A DNA stretch of 64,000 bases from a virus, in the IMG/VR virus record IMGVR_UViG_3300037502_002220, positions 1 through 64,000 of that record; one strand, written 5' to 3'. This document shows, piece by piece, positions 40,569 through 50,758 of the stretch. The notes under the pieces were generated by a model that worked only from the letters and a program-made list of their open reading frames with translations, was not told where the DNA came from and did no database searches. Positions within the stretch are counted from its first letter, which is position 1. Each line of letters opens with the position of its first letter. A program made the translations under genes and the position numbers.

Positions 40569-43500
40569 TGGCTTGTCAATACGTATTTCAAGGTAAGACG
40601 TATAATAAAAGATCTATCCTTAATGCAATTAAGGATGGTGATGTTGTACTTGGTGATATCCAAACAGCACGTGAGAACATACGTAAGATTCTGAACATGA
40701 ACGATTCTGAAATAGAACTTGTTCGTGGTCTTATTGATAACGATGCTGTTGGTGCATTTACACAAGATGGTAGGATACTATTATCTGATCGCTTTGTACA
40801 AGGTGAAGAATATCACGAAGCATTCCATCGTGTGTTTAGAACTGTATTTAGTGATGCACAGCGTAAAGCATTATTTAAAGAGTATCGTAATCGTGAAGGG
40901 TTCCAAGAATCTTTAGATCAGAAACGTAAACTCTATCCTAATCAAAGTACAGAAGAACTTATCGAAGAAGTACTTGCGGATGAGTTTATGATGTATCAAT
41001 TAGCTAATGGTAACTATGTAGTACCTAAGCCTATACAGAATGCATTTCAGCGTATTCTAAATTTTATTAGAAAGTTACTTGGACTTAAAGATATTGCTGG
41101 TGTATATGAAGCTATACGTGCTGGTAATTACAAAAGCGTAAAGCCTAAGTTTTATAAAAGTACTAGGTTAGCTAAATCTAAAGTAAAAGTTGGTAATCTT
41201 GAGTTAGATGTATTTCAGAAAAATGAAATACTAGATGCAGTTATTGCTAAGTTTAGTACTTCGTTTATAGAAGAAGTTAGCGATAAAGATTCTTTTGAAG
41301 ACGTAGATATTAACAGGCATTTAATCGATGGTATAGAAAATGTAATAGATCTTTTGCGAGAAGATTTTACAGATCCAGATAAAAGAGATTTAGCAACTGC
41401 TATTGAAAATGATGCACTTAACTATAGAATTTTAGAAGATGACTTTACTGTAGAAACAACTATAAATGCTAACTCACCTATTGTAGAAGAACTAACATTA
41501 CGCTTAGATCAACTTAGGATTAAAACTAAAGAAGAAACGCTAGAGCCTGAAGAACTTAATGATGAAGAAGCAGTTACTAATGACCATCCGTTTCTAAAAG
41601 CTAGCTGGGAAACAAATCCAGAAGATAACATTACACTAGCTATGAAGATCTTTGCTACTTCAATAGAGAGTTCACAGCTTAGTGATTACTACGCACTACC
41701 TAAACCAGAGCCTTCTGGTAAAGTAGTTATGACGTTGTTTAAAGTACTTAAGAATGCTACACATAACTGGGATGTAGTAAAGAACTTACTTGAAAATAAC
41801 GTAGATACCAATCCTTGGATACAAACTATTCTAGATCGTCTGCAAAATAACTTGAAGTTACGCACACAGTTTGTGCGATCGTTTGTAAAAGCACACTACG
41901 ATATGTACAGTGGTATCTGGGTTAAAGAAGAACTACAGGTACAACCACTAGAAGATGAAACTAGGTTTATATCTTTAATACGTGAAGTTAAAGATTACAT
42001 TAACATACTTGAAGATAGAGAAGGTATAGTTAGTCCTAGTTTATCAGATCGTAATCTCTCTACTAAAGAGAAGTTTCGTATCCTAACAGGTATAGAACTA
42101 TCTGATGAAATATTAAAAGGTACAATAAATACTAGCAAAGGTCTTACAACAGGTGAAGAGATTGCCGATAATATAATTGCTGTTACTCGTACAAACATAA
42201 ATGAAGGAGTTCAGTACAAGGATCTATTTAATAACAAAGTATATAGACCTACTGATAAATCAGAAAAACCTGAAGATTATTCTGTACTAGGTAACTTACG
42301 TCGTCTTCTTAATGAATACAATAAATATAGACCTAGTGAACAAGGTGTAGTACTTAATCATAATCGTGATAGAGTGTGGCCTTGGACTATGCACACATAT
42401 CAAAAGCAAGTAGAGTCTGCACTTAACCTAGTTGCTAACTTAACACCTAGTGAGCTAGCAACTATTGACTCTGGTATAACTGAAGGTGGATTACTCCCTG
42501 AAGAAGTTAATATGCAAAAGCGTATTGCTAAACTTAGAGAGTTGCTACCTTGGTTTGTAGATTACAAGTTTAACTTTTACGTAGATGAAAATGGATTAAC
42601 TAGAACTAATTCATTAATACTTAAGCGTATACTAGAACAAGGAGATACTTACTCCATATCTATATTTAGTGGTATGCGTTTAGATGATGGTACTGATGCT
42701 AAGGATCTACTTACACCAGATATGATACCTATGTACATTAGGTCTATGAGTGGACTAGAACCTAAGTACATTAGCGTTAAGCATGGTGATCGTGGTGCTA
42801 TATTTGCTGGTGGTTTTGAAAGTAAAGTAAAATATACAGATAATATAACTGCACAAGACTACTTAGCTTCACTGCTACTAGATGAGATTAACTTAATCCG
42901 AGAAAGCAGTAAGTACAGTGTATTTAAAAAGATGGGTGACGGTAACCTTAAGCTATTTGAGTTTTTAAACATTGACGCAAATGAACTACAAAAGTTAGTT
43001 AACGATACTACATTGACTTCAAACAAGTTACACAAGAAGTATAAAGAAAGTTTTGATAAGCATGTAGAAGGGATTGAAGCAGACTTTAAAAACTTATTGA
43101 AAGAAGTCTACGCTAACTTTGACGGTAAAAGGTTTGATGATGTATTTACTAAACCTGGAGAAACAAAAGTACCTTTTTATACTACAGCAGAGGTGTTTAG
43201 TATGTACAATAACGATGAAGAAATTCTTATCAAAGAAGTAGTTAAGAATTATTTGATACACTTCTACGAAGATATGCGTGTATTTGTAGGATACGCAGGT
43301 GAGTATCCTAACATGGTAAACTTGTTTAAGCGTATTCAGAGCTTATCTTCTTCTGGTACTCCACTAGTTAATGACGGTGAACTTAATAGCTACATTGATA
43401 ATAAAAATCAACAGGATGCGTACGCAATTATTACAGGTAATGAAGTTGAAATGCGCACGTATGGTGATCGTAACTTAAAGCAAAAAGGTAAGATTAAAGA

Positions 43501-46500
43501 GAAAGTACTTATCGGACCTAGGGTTAGTTATACAGAAGCTGAAAAAGAAAATCTAGCTGCTATCCATAAAGCTAATTTAATCAAAGAAGGATTTCCAGAA
43601 GATATTGCAGAAAAGCGTGCTGAAGAATGGGTATCTGTATTTGATAAATACGAAGAAGCAGATGGTGTAACATTTACAAATATGTTCTTCTATCGTGAAT
43701 ATAAGATTAGATTAGGTGAGTGGAATCAGAACATGGAAAATGCTTTTCAGATTGAGCTAGCTATCCTTAATCAGAATACATTAAACCCAGAAGTATTTCT
43801 TGCAGAAGGTGATCGTGTATTTGCTAATAGACCTACAGATTTACCAGTAATACGCATTAAAGCATTTGATTTAAGTAATGAAAATGCAGCTAGGGTATTT
43901 AACAAGTTAGAACCTTTTACTATGCTTAAGCCAGTGTACACTGGTCCTGTAGAACATCAAGGTGCTACAGTAAATGGTATACGTAAAACAGCATTTCATG
44001 TTATATTACCTAGTATGGTATTTGGTACTGATAAGATGCAGAGTATACATGATTACATGCTACGTAATAACGTAGATATGATATCGTTAGATAGTGCTAC
44101 TAAGAAAGCAGTACCTAGTAATGTAGAAGATATTAATGTAGAAATATATTCTACTAACGAAGACACGTTTACAATCTTAGATACTATGTATCTTAAAGAA
44201 CAAGTAAAGATGTCTAACGATGAAAAGGGTAGGATTAAAAACGCTACACAGTCTACTACAATAGTATTTACTAATATTTTTGAAGAAGATCCTAGAGGGT
44301 TTTCTAAACCAAAAGATTACACAGGTGAAAGACCTTGGAATGAACTTACTGATGAAGAGAAGTTAGCTCAGAGTAAAGTATTTACTAAACACACAAAGTA
44401 CAAAGAAGCACTTGATGCTGTTGTAACAATGCACATGGATCGTGTTAAAGAAGATCTAGGTGTAGTTGGTGATAACATTACAGACATTGAACTTGTTACA
44501 GAAATACTTAGAACTAACATTAACGTACCTTCAGTTAGAGATGCTTTAAATTATGTAACAGAAGCTAAGAGTTTAGACTTATTACCTAGCTTTAATAGGA
44601 TTGAACCAGCGTTACTTAGTATTGTAAGTAATGAAGCTGTTAGGATTAAACGTCCTGGTGAGATGCTAGCTCAATACTCTGTCTATGGTATGGATGAAGT
44701 TACAATATCTGGTGTTAAATCTAAGCGTCTTCAGAACTATAGAATTGAAGGTAATGTAATTAGACCAGCAGAGATTATTGTACCGCTACCTAAGAGTATG
44801 GCTGCTCAGTTAATGAAGAGGTTTAAAACTAATAACTTAGTAGAAGCTATACAAAGATATAACAGTAGAGATAAAAAAATTATTGTAAAAGGTTTGCGTA
44901 TTCCTAATCAGCAGTTATCGTTTAACGGTATCTACGAAATTAAAGAGTTTGCACTACCTACAATGCAAAACTATATTGTATTACCTAGTGAGATTGTACC
45001 AGTAAGTTCTTCTGACTTTGACATTGATAAGCAACAAGTGTACTGGCCTATACTTGATGATAGAGGTAACATGGTTCAAACAGATGAAGCTGGTGTATAT
45101 AATAGGTTACTTCAAGCTGAAATAGATCTGTTGTTAGATCCATCTAATTTTCACACGTTGATGGCACCAGTAAATGAAGCTTGGTTTAGTAAAGATCTAT
45201 TTAAAGACATATTAATAAAACGCGGTGAGTATACTGCAGAACAATTAAATAGTGACGAGAAGTTAGAAAATGCTGTAATCAAGTTTACGTTTAAGGAAAT
45301 TGGTAACATCGCTAGTCAAATACGTACTGCTATTAACATGACGCAATCTAAGCTTAACGTAGGTCTTATGGCTACTAACGCTAAGATGTATCCTGTAGGT
45401 CAAGCAGATTCTTGGAAAGCTAGTAGCGTAGTAGCTAATGAAGATGATATCCTTATAGCTAACTTGATACCTTTTGAAGGTGATAAGCAACACTTCTTTG
45501 CACTGTATGATTCTGATTACAGACATATTACAGAAATTATTAGTACGTTAATGACATCGCAGTTAGATGGCGTTAAGAACCCATATGCTGTAGCATTAAA
45601 CATTGTTAAGAATAGTATTGGACCAATGATGTTTATGGTTAGACGTGGTATGCCTATTAACTTAATAGCTAGGATTATTGCGTCACCTGTAGTAACGAGG
45701 TATAACACAGTTACTAACTTGTATAAATCTAACTCAGCTAAAGCTAGACGTATATACCCTAAGACTAAGGGGAAGAGTAACGTACTTAATTTTATGTACG
45801 ATTTTAGCGGTAAAAACGCAATAGAAAATTATTTAAACGAGTTTAAAAATAGAGATAGGATAGTAAGCTCTGCTACTGTTCTTAAAGCATTATCAGATAA
45901 AACATTAAAGACTGAAGATAGTCTTCAAGTACTTGCTGGTTATATGTACGTTGAAGAACTAGCTAAAGCTATGTTGGAGATATCTACTGCGATGACACCT
46001 GATACTAAGCCATTAGGTAACATGTCTATGGTAGATGTAATGTCTGAAAAATATAAAGACTTTGACAACAACTTTCGTCGTAGAGCAGCTATGATAGATA
46101 AAGATTTTAAAACTGGATTTTTAAAACCTTTCTACAATGCTCAAAAGTTGTATCAACTGTTTGGTAACTTATACTTTACTAGAAAAGATAAATTAGCTAA
46201 TTACTTAACGGTAGAGTTAGGTACACAAGTTAGTGCTGGTGCTATATCTGTAGATGATAGAGCTAGAGTTAAGAACACGTTTGTTAATGACTTTAAAGCG
46301 TATATGTTCTTTAAAAAACTTAACGAAAGTAAAGAATATAAAGGTAAGTACACATTTGATGCTATCATGACTAATAGTAATCTTGTAGATGAAATTGCAA
46401 GCATACGACAAGATGAAACGCACCCTATGAGTACTAACTACCTAATACAGAATTTAATTCCTATTACAGGTATAGCTACAGATCCAGATGGTACTACACC

Positions 46501-48169
46501 TTTGTATTTACTTAAGCTAAGAAGTAGGGGTGATAACGCGTTACATCTTTACGATCTGTATCAAAACTTTGAAGATCTTGTAGATTCTGTTGTAGGTACA
46601 GAGTATGAAGCAAGTATGCACGAACTTGTACGTAAACTTATTGCATATAACGTATACACTACTGGATTTGGATTCTCACCATTTACATTAGATGATGCAG
46701 TATCACCTAGGTTAGTTAATAAACTTTACAAAGAAATAGATTTCTATAACACTAAAATTACAGAAGAAGATGTTACACAGTTTGCTAACTTGTTTGTAGC
46801 TATGAACCCTAATGTGTTTAGGTTCACGATTAAACCTAAGAAAAATGAAACAAACTTTTTTAGAAATGTGAAGTATAAGTGGGACGGTACTTTTACAGCT
46901 AATGAAACAGACGTAACTATCTTAGGTAACTCGTACGCTAAACGTTATGATAGTAAAGTACCTAAGTACTTAACTATTCCTGTTCCACGTGGAACTCAAG
47001 CTCAAGTACAACCTACGCCTGTAACTGAACAACAGATTCCTGATGAACTTAAATGTTCTACACCTGGGTCAAAAGCAGAAGAAGGTATGTCTTTTGGATT
47101 TACACCAGGTAGTAACTGGGAGATAATCAAAGATTTTAAAGGACCTTCGCATGAATACGGTGGTATAGATATTATGGTTGAAGGTGGTACTATACGTATG
47201 TCTGATAAAGAAGGTGATGTTAAAGCACCAGATGGGGTAGTTATATCTAAAATTATGTCTAAGCTTAATCCTAAAAACTGGGGTGTTACTGATTATACAG
47301 ATAAAGGTAGTTTTGATGACGCATTTTTATCTGCGCGGAATGCTGAAGAAAAAGAATTTATGTATAAAAATAAAAGGTACACTACTGCGCAAAAAGGAGA
47401 AGATAGACCAGAGAGTTCTTTTAACTTAAGTAAGCCGCAAAGAGAAAGAATATACAATTCTGTGAGACCTGTAGGTTATCCTGCTGATGAAATGATACCT
47501 GCTGCTAAAAGATACATAACGGGAAGTAAGTTTTCAGATGCAGAAAGCGCTGAAGTAAGAACGGTTGAAGATGAAGATGCATGGGCATTTTTTATGGGAT
47601 TACCTCAGCAAAAAAATTCAGTAACTGAGTCAAAGTATAGACCTTCTAGCGCTAAAGATAAAAACACAAGATATTACACACTGAGAAATGCGTATCCAAA
47701 TTTTGATGAAACTGTTATTAATAACGCAGAAGCTGCTTTTACAGTTAACAAAAAATTAAACGCGGGTACTGTAAGAGGTGTTGAATCTTCATTTTTACCT
47801 TTAGAAAATGTAACTTTTTCTAAAGGTAAAGATGAGAGAGGAGATTATTATTCTATGTACGATGTGTATGATTTTAGCATTCCTTTTGAAGGAAAAATAG
47901 GAAAACCTTATGAAGTATATGACAGGGTTTATTATAAAGATTACGGAGATGGTGTTCGTAAACCTATGTATTATACCGACAATGAGCTTTTATCTTTAGA
48001 CGTAAATAAAAAGAATTTTGATACACTAGCGTTGCAAAAAGAATTATCTAACAGAGGTGTTACCTTTAAAAAGTCTGTAAAAAAAGATGGTTCTTTTGAT
48101 GGTATATTTGGAGAAGAAACTAAAGCTGCGTTGTTAGATTATCAGAATAAAAACAAACCTAAGAAATGA
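40568..48169 (+). CDS. Virion-packaged single-chain DNA-dependent RNA polymerase with N-terminal zincin and C-terminal extension
   Basis: Catalytic 'SDFDIDK' (45014-45028) preceded by 'GLRIPNQ'; N-terminal HEAFH...EEVLADEF zincin (40814-40828). Confidence 0.9.
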   Translation: MACQYVFQGKTYNKRSILNAIKDGDVVLGDIQTARENIRKILNMNDSEIELVRGLIDNDAVGAFTQDGRILLSDRFVQGEEYHEAFHRVFRTVFSDAQRKALFKEYRNREGFQESLDQKRKLYPNQSTEELIEEVLADEFMMYQLANGNYVVPKPIQNAFQRILNFIRKLLGLKDIAGVYEAIRAGNYKSVKPKFYKSTRLAKSKVKVGNLELDVFQKNEILDAVIAKFSTSFIEEVSDKDSFEDVDINRHLIDGIENVIDLLREDFTDPDKRDLATAIENDALNYRILEDDFTVETTINANSPIVEELTLRLDQLRIKTKEETLEPEELNDEEAVTNDHPFLKASWETNPEDNITLAMKIFATSIESSQLSDYYALPKPEPSGKVVMTLFKVLKNATHNWDVVKNLLENNVDTNPWIQTILDRLQNNLKLRTQFVRSFVKAHYDMYSGIWVKEELQVQPLEDETRFISLIREVKDYINILEDREGIVSPSLSDRNLSTKEKFRILTGIELSDEILKGTINTSKGLTTGEEIADNIIAVTRTNINEGVQYKDLFNNKVYRPTDKSEKPEDYSVLGNLRRLLNEYNKYRPSEQGVVLNHNRDRVWPWTMHTYQKQVESALNLVANLTPSELATIDSGITEGGLLPEEVNMQKRIAKLRELLPWFVDYKFNFYVDENGLTRTNSLILKRILEQGDTYSISIFSGMRLDDGTDAKDLLTPDMIPMYIRSMSGLEPKYISVKHGDRGAIFAGGFESKVKYTDNITAQDYLASLLLDEINLIRESSKYSVFKKMGDGNLKLFEFLNIDANELQKLVNDTTLTSNKLHKKYKESFDKHVEGIEADFKNLLKEVYANFDGKRFDDVFTKPGETKVPFYTTAEVFSMYNNDEEILIKEVVKNYLIHFYEDMRVFVGYAGEYPNMVNLFKRIQSLSSSGTPLVNDGELNSYIDNKNQQDAYAIITGNEVEMRTYGDRNLKQKGKIKEKVLIGPRVSYTEAEKENLAAIHKANLIKEGFPEDIAEKRAEEWVSVFDKYEEADGVTFTNMFFYREYKIRLGEWNQNMENAFQIELAILNQNTLNPEVFLAEGDRVFANRPTDLPVIRIKAFDLSNENAARVFNKLEPFTMLKPVYTGPVEHQGATVNGIRKTAFHVILPSMVFGTDKMQSIHDYMLRNNVDMISLDSATKKAVPSNVEDINVEIYSTNEDTFTILDTMYLKEQVKMSNDEKGRIKNATQSTTIVFTNIFEEDPRGFSKPKDYTGERPWNELTDEEKLAQSKVFTKHTKYKEALDAVVTMHMDRVKEDLGVVGDNITDIELVTEILRTNINVPSVRDALNYVTEAKSLDLLPSFNRIEPALLSIVSNEAVRIKRPGEMLAQYSVYGMDEVTISGVKSKRLQNYRIEGNVIRPAEIIVPLPKSMAAQLMKRFKTNNLVEAIQRYNSRDKKIIVKGLRIPNQQLSFNGIYEIKEFALPTMQNYIVLPSEIVPVSSSDFDIDKQQVYWPILDDRGNMVQTDEAGVYNRLLQAEIDLLLDPSNFHTLMAPVNEAWFSKDLFKDILIKRGEYTAEQLNSDEKLENAVIKFTFKEIGNIASQIRTAINMTQSKLNVGLMATNAKMYPVGQADSWKASSVVANEDDILIANLIPFEGDKQHFFALYDSDYRHITEIISTLMTSQLDGVKNPYAVALNIVKNSIGPMMFMVRRGMPINLIARIIASPVVTRYNTVTNLYKSNSAKARRIYPKTKGKSNVLNFMYDFSGKNAIENYLNEFKNRDRIVSSATVLKALSDKTLKTEDSLQVLAGYMYVEELAKAMLEISTAMTPDTKPLGNMSMVDVMSEKYKDFDNNFRRRAAMIDKDFKTGFLKPFYNAQKLYQLFGNLYFTRKDKLANYLTVELGTQVSAGAISVDDRARVKNTFVNDFKAYMFFKKLNESKEYKGKYTFDAIMTNSNLVDEIASIRQDETHPMSTNYLIQNLIPITGIATDPDGTTPLYLLKLRSRGDNALHLYDLYQNFEDLVDSVVGTEYEASMHELVRKLIAYNVYTTGFGFSPFTLDDAVSPRLVNKLYKEIDFYNTKITEEDVTQFANLFVAMNPNVFRFTIKPKKNETNFFRNVKYKWDGTFTANETDVTILGNSYAKRYDSKVPKYLTIPVPRGTQAQVQPTPVTEQQIPDELKCSTPGSKAEEGMSFGFTPGSNWEIIKDFKGPSHEYGGIDIMVEGGTIRMSDKEGDVKAPDGVVISKIMSKLNPKNWGVTDYTDKGSFDDAFLSARNAEEKEFMYKNKRYTTAQKGEDRPESSFNLSKPQRERIYNSVRPVGYPADEMIPAAKRYITGSKFSDAESAEVRTVEDEDAWAFFMGLPQQKNSVTESKYRPSSAKDKNTRYYTLRNAYPNFDETVINNAEAAFTVNKKLNAGTVRGVESSFLPLENVTFSKGKDERGDYYSMYDVYDFSIPFEGKIGKPYEVYDRVYYKDYGDGVRKPMYYTDNELLSLDVNKKNFDTLALQKELSNRGVTFKKSVKKDGSFDGIFGEETKAALLDYQNKNKPKK

Positions 48170-48351
48170 AACCTAAGCACATTGAAGTAGAAGGTGGTGA
48201 AATAGCTATACGTAATAAGAACGGTGATATAGCTATTATACCTAAGTATAAGAAACGTTGGTTGCAAAGTCAAATGCGAAAAGGGTGCCACTCTTGTATA
48301 GATGAATTTGTAAAAACACTACCTTCGTATAAAGATCTTAAAGATAAATAA
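48166..48351 (+). CDS. Small protein with EVEGGE and CxxC motifs
   Basis: 61 aa, ATGA overlap; 'IEVEGGE' and 'GCHSCID'. Confidence 0.7.
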   Translation: MKPKHIEVEGGEIAIRNKNGDIAIIPKYKKRWLQSQMRKGCHSCIDEFVKTLPSYKDLKDK

Positions 48352-48352
48352 C

Positions 48353-50746
48353 ATGGCTTGTCAAATTAAAAGAAAAGATAACGGTACTATAGATACTGTA
48401 CTAGCACCTAATGGTAAACCTAGTGTGTTATACAACTCACTTGTAAATGCTATTGCTAGCTCAGAAGTAACTAGGAACGTTATACAATCTGATCCTTATG
48501 TAAGTTCTGTAATGGATAGTGTATATGTAATGGATAACACTGCTGAAGAACTTGCACTAGCTGCTTGGAGTAAGGCGTACACTGTAGACTTTATAGATAG
48601 CTTTGGTAACTGGAAAGAAGATAAGCTACCTAATACAGATAGTAACGGTGAGCCTACTATAAACATGTTATTTCCAGAGATTGCAGATACTGGTGTTAAA
48701 CCTGGTGTATCTGAGCTGTTTGAATCTAATCCTGAGTTAGCTAATGTAGGCACACAAGAACAATACTCTGCATACCTAGACCAAGTGTTTCCAGATAGCA
48801 AGGTTAAAGACATCATGTATCATGGTAGTGATAAAACGTTTAATAAATTTTCAAAAGAATTTGCAAGAGCTGATAGACCTTATTTTTATTTTTCATTTGC
48901 TGAAGAAGCTAACATGTATAAAGAAGCAAGAGGAGGTTCTTATATTTACCCTGTTATTTTAAATGTTAAAAATTATGCTACAGGTTATACTCCTGATGAA
49001 TTAGAAATAGATACTGTTAATAATTTAATAAAACAAGGATATGATGCTGTTGCTGGTAGAGGTTGGACAACAAGAGAAGAAGTAGCAGTATTTGAACCAG
49101 AACAAATACACATATTAGGTACCCCACAAGACATAGAAGGGTTTAAAAGATTTGTATCTAAACCTACACAATCTGTTAGACTTTTTTCAAGTGAAGAGTA
49201 TTCTAAAAACACTCGTGCGTATGTAGAAGAAGTTGAAAGAGTTACCCGACTTATTGAAAATAAATTAAAGATTAAAGAAAAATCTTTTGTAGGTAAAACA
49301 ACTGACAAGTTTGTTGAAAAACAAGATTATTTAAACGATGTTTTAAAACAGCTATTAAATAACATAGGTTTACCTAATACTATAACTAGCTTAGAAGAAT
49401 TAAAAGCTGGGTTACAGGATGGTACAATCTTAAAATATATTCAGAAGGAATATGATTTTTACAAGCAAAAAACTATTAAGACAAAAGGAAATCTAAACAC
49501 ATTGAACTCTAACGTCAGAGTATTAAATAGATTTTTAAAATCTTTAGATATAAACGCATATTCTATAGAACAACAAGAGTTAATAAGAAAATCTTTTCCT
49601 GCACTGTTTGAAGATTTAGGTAGGTATAAATCTAAAGCGCAAGCACTGTCTTATTACAAGCAAGTTGTAAATACACCTAAGTTTTTAAATAAAGCTTTAA
49701 ACTTACAGTACGTTAAGACACAGTACTTTACTGCACAATCTAAGCTAAACAAATTTGAAAATTTATTGAACTATAACACATTGTCTCCAGAAGATTTTCA
49801 ATATAGAATATACAAAGTTGTTGAAAATGAGCTGGATAGGAGAAGTGAGTTTTTTGATTCTAATAAAATGCAAGCTGTTGTGTTAGCTGAAAAAGAAAAA
49901 ATAGCTAAGCAGACTTACGAAAAAAGTGTAAAAGGGTTATTAGAAAGATTTAGTAAAAATGAGAACACTGTTTCAGGTAAGATAGCTAAGGTATTTTTAG
50001 AACATCCTAATACATTAAACGCAATTAAAGCAGAAAACATAAACAAAACTATTTTTGGATTTGCAGGAGGAGAGTGGAAAGGAGACGGTACTTTAAATGT
50101 TAACTTTAAAGACGAACAATCTCTAAAGCACATATTGTTACATGAGTTAACACATCATTTTACAGTACCTTATGTTTTTACTTATTTAAAAAATCATTCT
50201 AACATAGATAAGTATGTAGGTTTTTCTGAAAGATTTCCTTCAGAAGAAGACTTAAAAGAAAGTATAGAATATTCTGTAAAAGAATTAACTCGACAGGAAG
50301 TAGATTCTATTTCTAAATTAGAAGATATTTACATTCATGTTTTAAATTTACATAAGCAAGGTAAGATACAATTTACTAACAGAGAGTTTTCTGCAAATCC
50401 TGAATATGGATTAGAAAATCTTTATGAGTTTATATCAGAGGTAATATCTAACCCGTATTTTGCTGCAGAGATAGCTAAGCAGCCTGGTTTGTTTAATAAA
50501 AAATCTAATCTTCTTAAAGATATTATTTATGCTATCTTTAAAATGTTTGGGATAAATAATAACAATTCTTTATTAGAAGATGTATATAACTTGTTTGAAG
50601 ATTCTTTTTTATATAAAGATGAAAAGTATAACTTTAAATCTTTAGTAGAATCGAAGTCAAGTTTTAAGTACAACTTACCTCAAGTTCAACAATCTATAAG
50701 TGATGAGTGGACTAACGTAAAAAATAACTGTCCTAAACTAATTTAA
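48353..50746 (+). CDS. Polyvalent cargo protein: ADP-ribosyltransferase (ART-PolyVal-like) plus zincin metallopeptidase
   Basis: 'MYHGS...F..F', 'YFYFS', 'YPVILNVKN', 'GYDAV', 'EVAVFEPEQI'; HELTH (50141-50155) and 'EFISEVISNP'. Confidence 0.8.
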   Translation: MACQIKRKDNGTIDTVLAPNGKPSVLYNSLVNAIASSEVTRNVIQSDPYVSSVMDSVYVMDNTAEELALAAWSKAYTVDFIDSFGNWKEDKLPNTDSNGEPTINMLFPEIADTGVKPGVSELFESNPELANVGTQEQYSAYLDQVFPDSKVKDIMYHGSDKTFNKFSKEFARADRPYFYFSFAEEANMYKEARGGSYIYPVILNVKNYATGYTPDELEIDTVNNLIKQGYDAVAGRGWTTREEVAVFEPEQIHILGTPQDIEGFKRFVSKPTQSVRLFSSEEYSKNTRAYVEEVERVTRLIENKLKIKEKSFVGKTTDKFVEKQDYLNDVLKQLLNNIGLPNTITSLEELKAGLQDGTILKYIQKEYDFYKQKTIKTKGNLNTLNSNVRVLNRFLKSLDINAYSIEQQELIRKSFPALFEDLGRYKSKAQALSYYKQVVNTPKFLNKALNLQYVKTQYFTAQSKLNKFENLLNYNTLSPEDFQYRIYKVVENELDRRSEFFDSNKMQAVVLAEKEKIAKQTYEKSVKGLLERFSKNENTVSGKIAKVFLEHPNTLNAIKAENINKTIFGFAGGEWKGDGTLNVNFKDEQSLKHILLHELTHHFTVPYVFTYLKNHSNIDKYVGFSERFPSEEDLKESIEYSVKELTRQEVDSISKLEDIYIHVLNLHKQGKIQFTNREFSANPEYGLENLYEFISEVISNPYFAAEIAKQPGLFNKKSNLLKDIIYAIFKMFGINNNNSLLEDVYNLFEDSFLYKDEKYNFKSLVESKSSFKYNLPQVQQSISDEWTNVKNNCPKLI

Positions 50747-50758
50747 AATTATACAACT

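Noticed and set aside
40568-48169. Intein or self-splicing intron in RNAP, suggested by Cys near termini
   Set aside because: No intein blocks (N-terminal C followed by a Hint motif, HN-C/S/T end), no homing endonuclease, and the ORF is uninterrupted.
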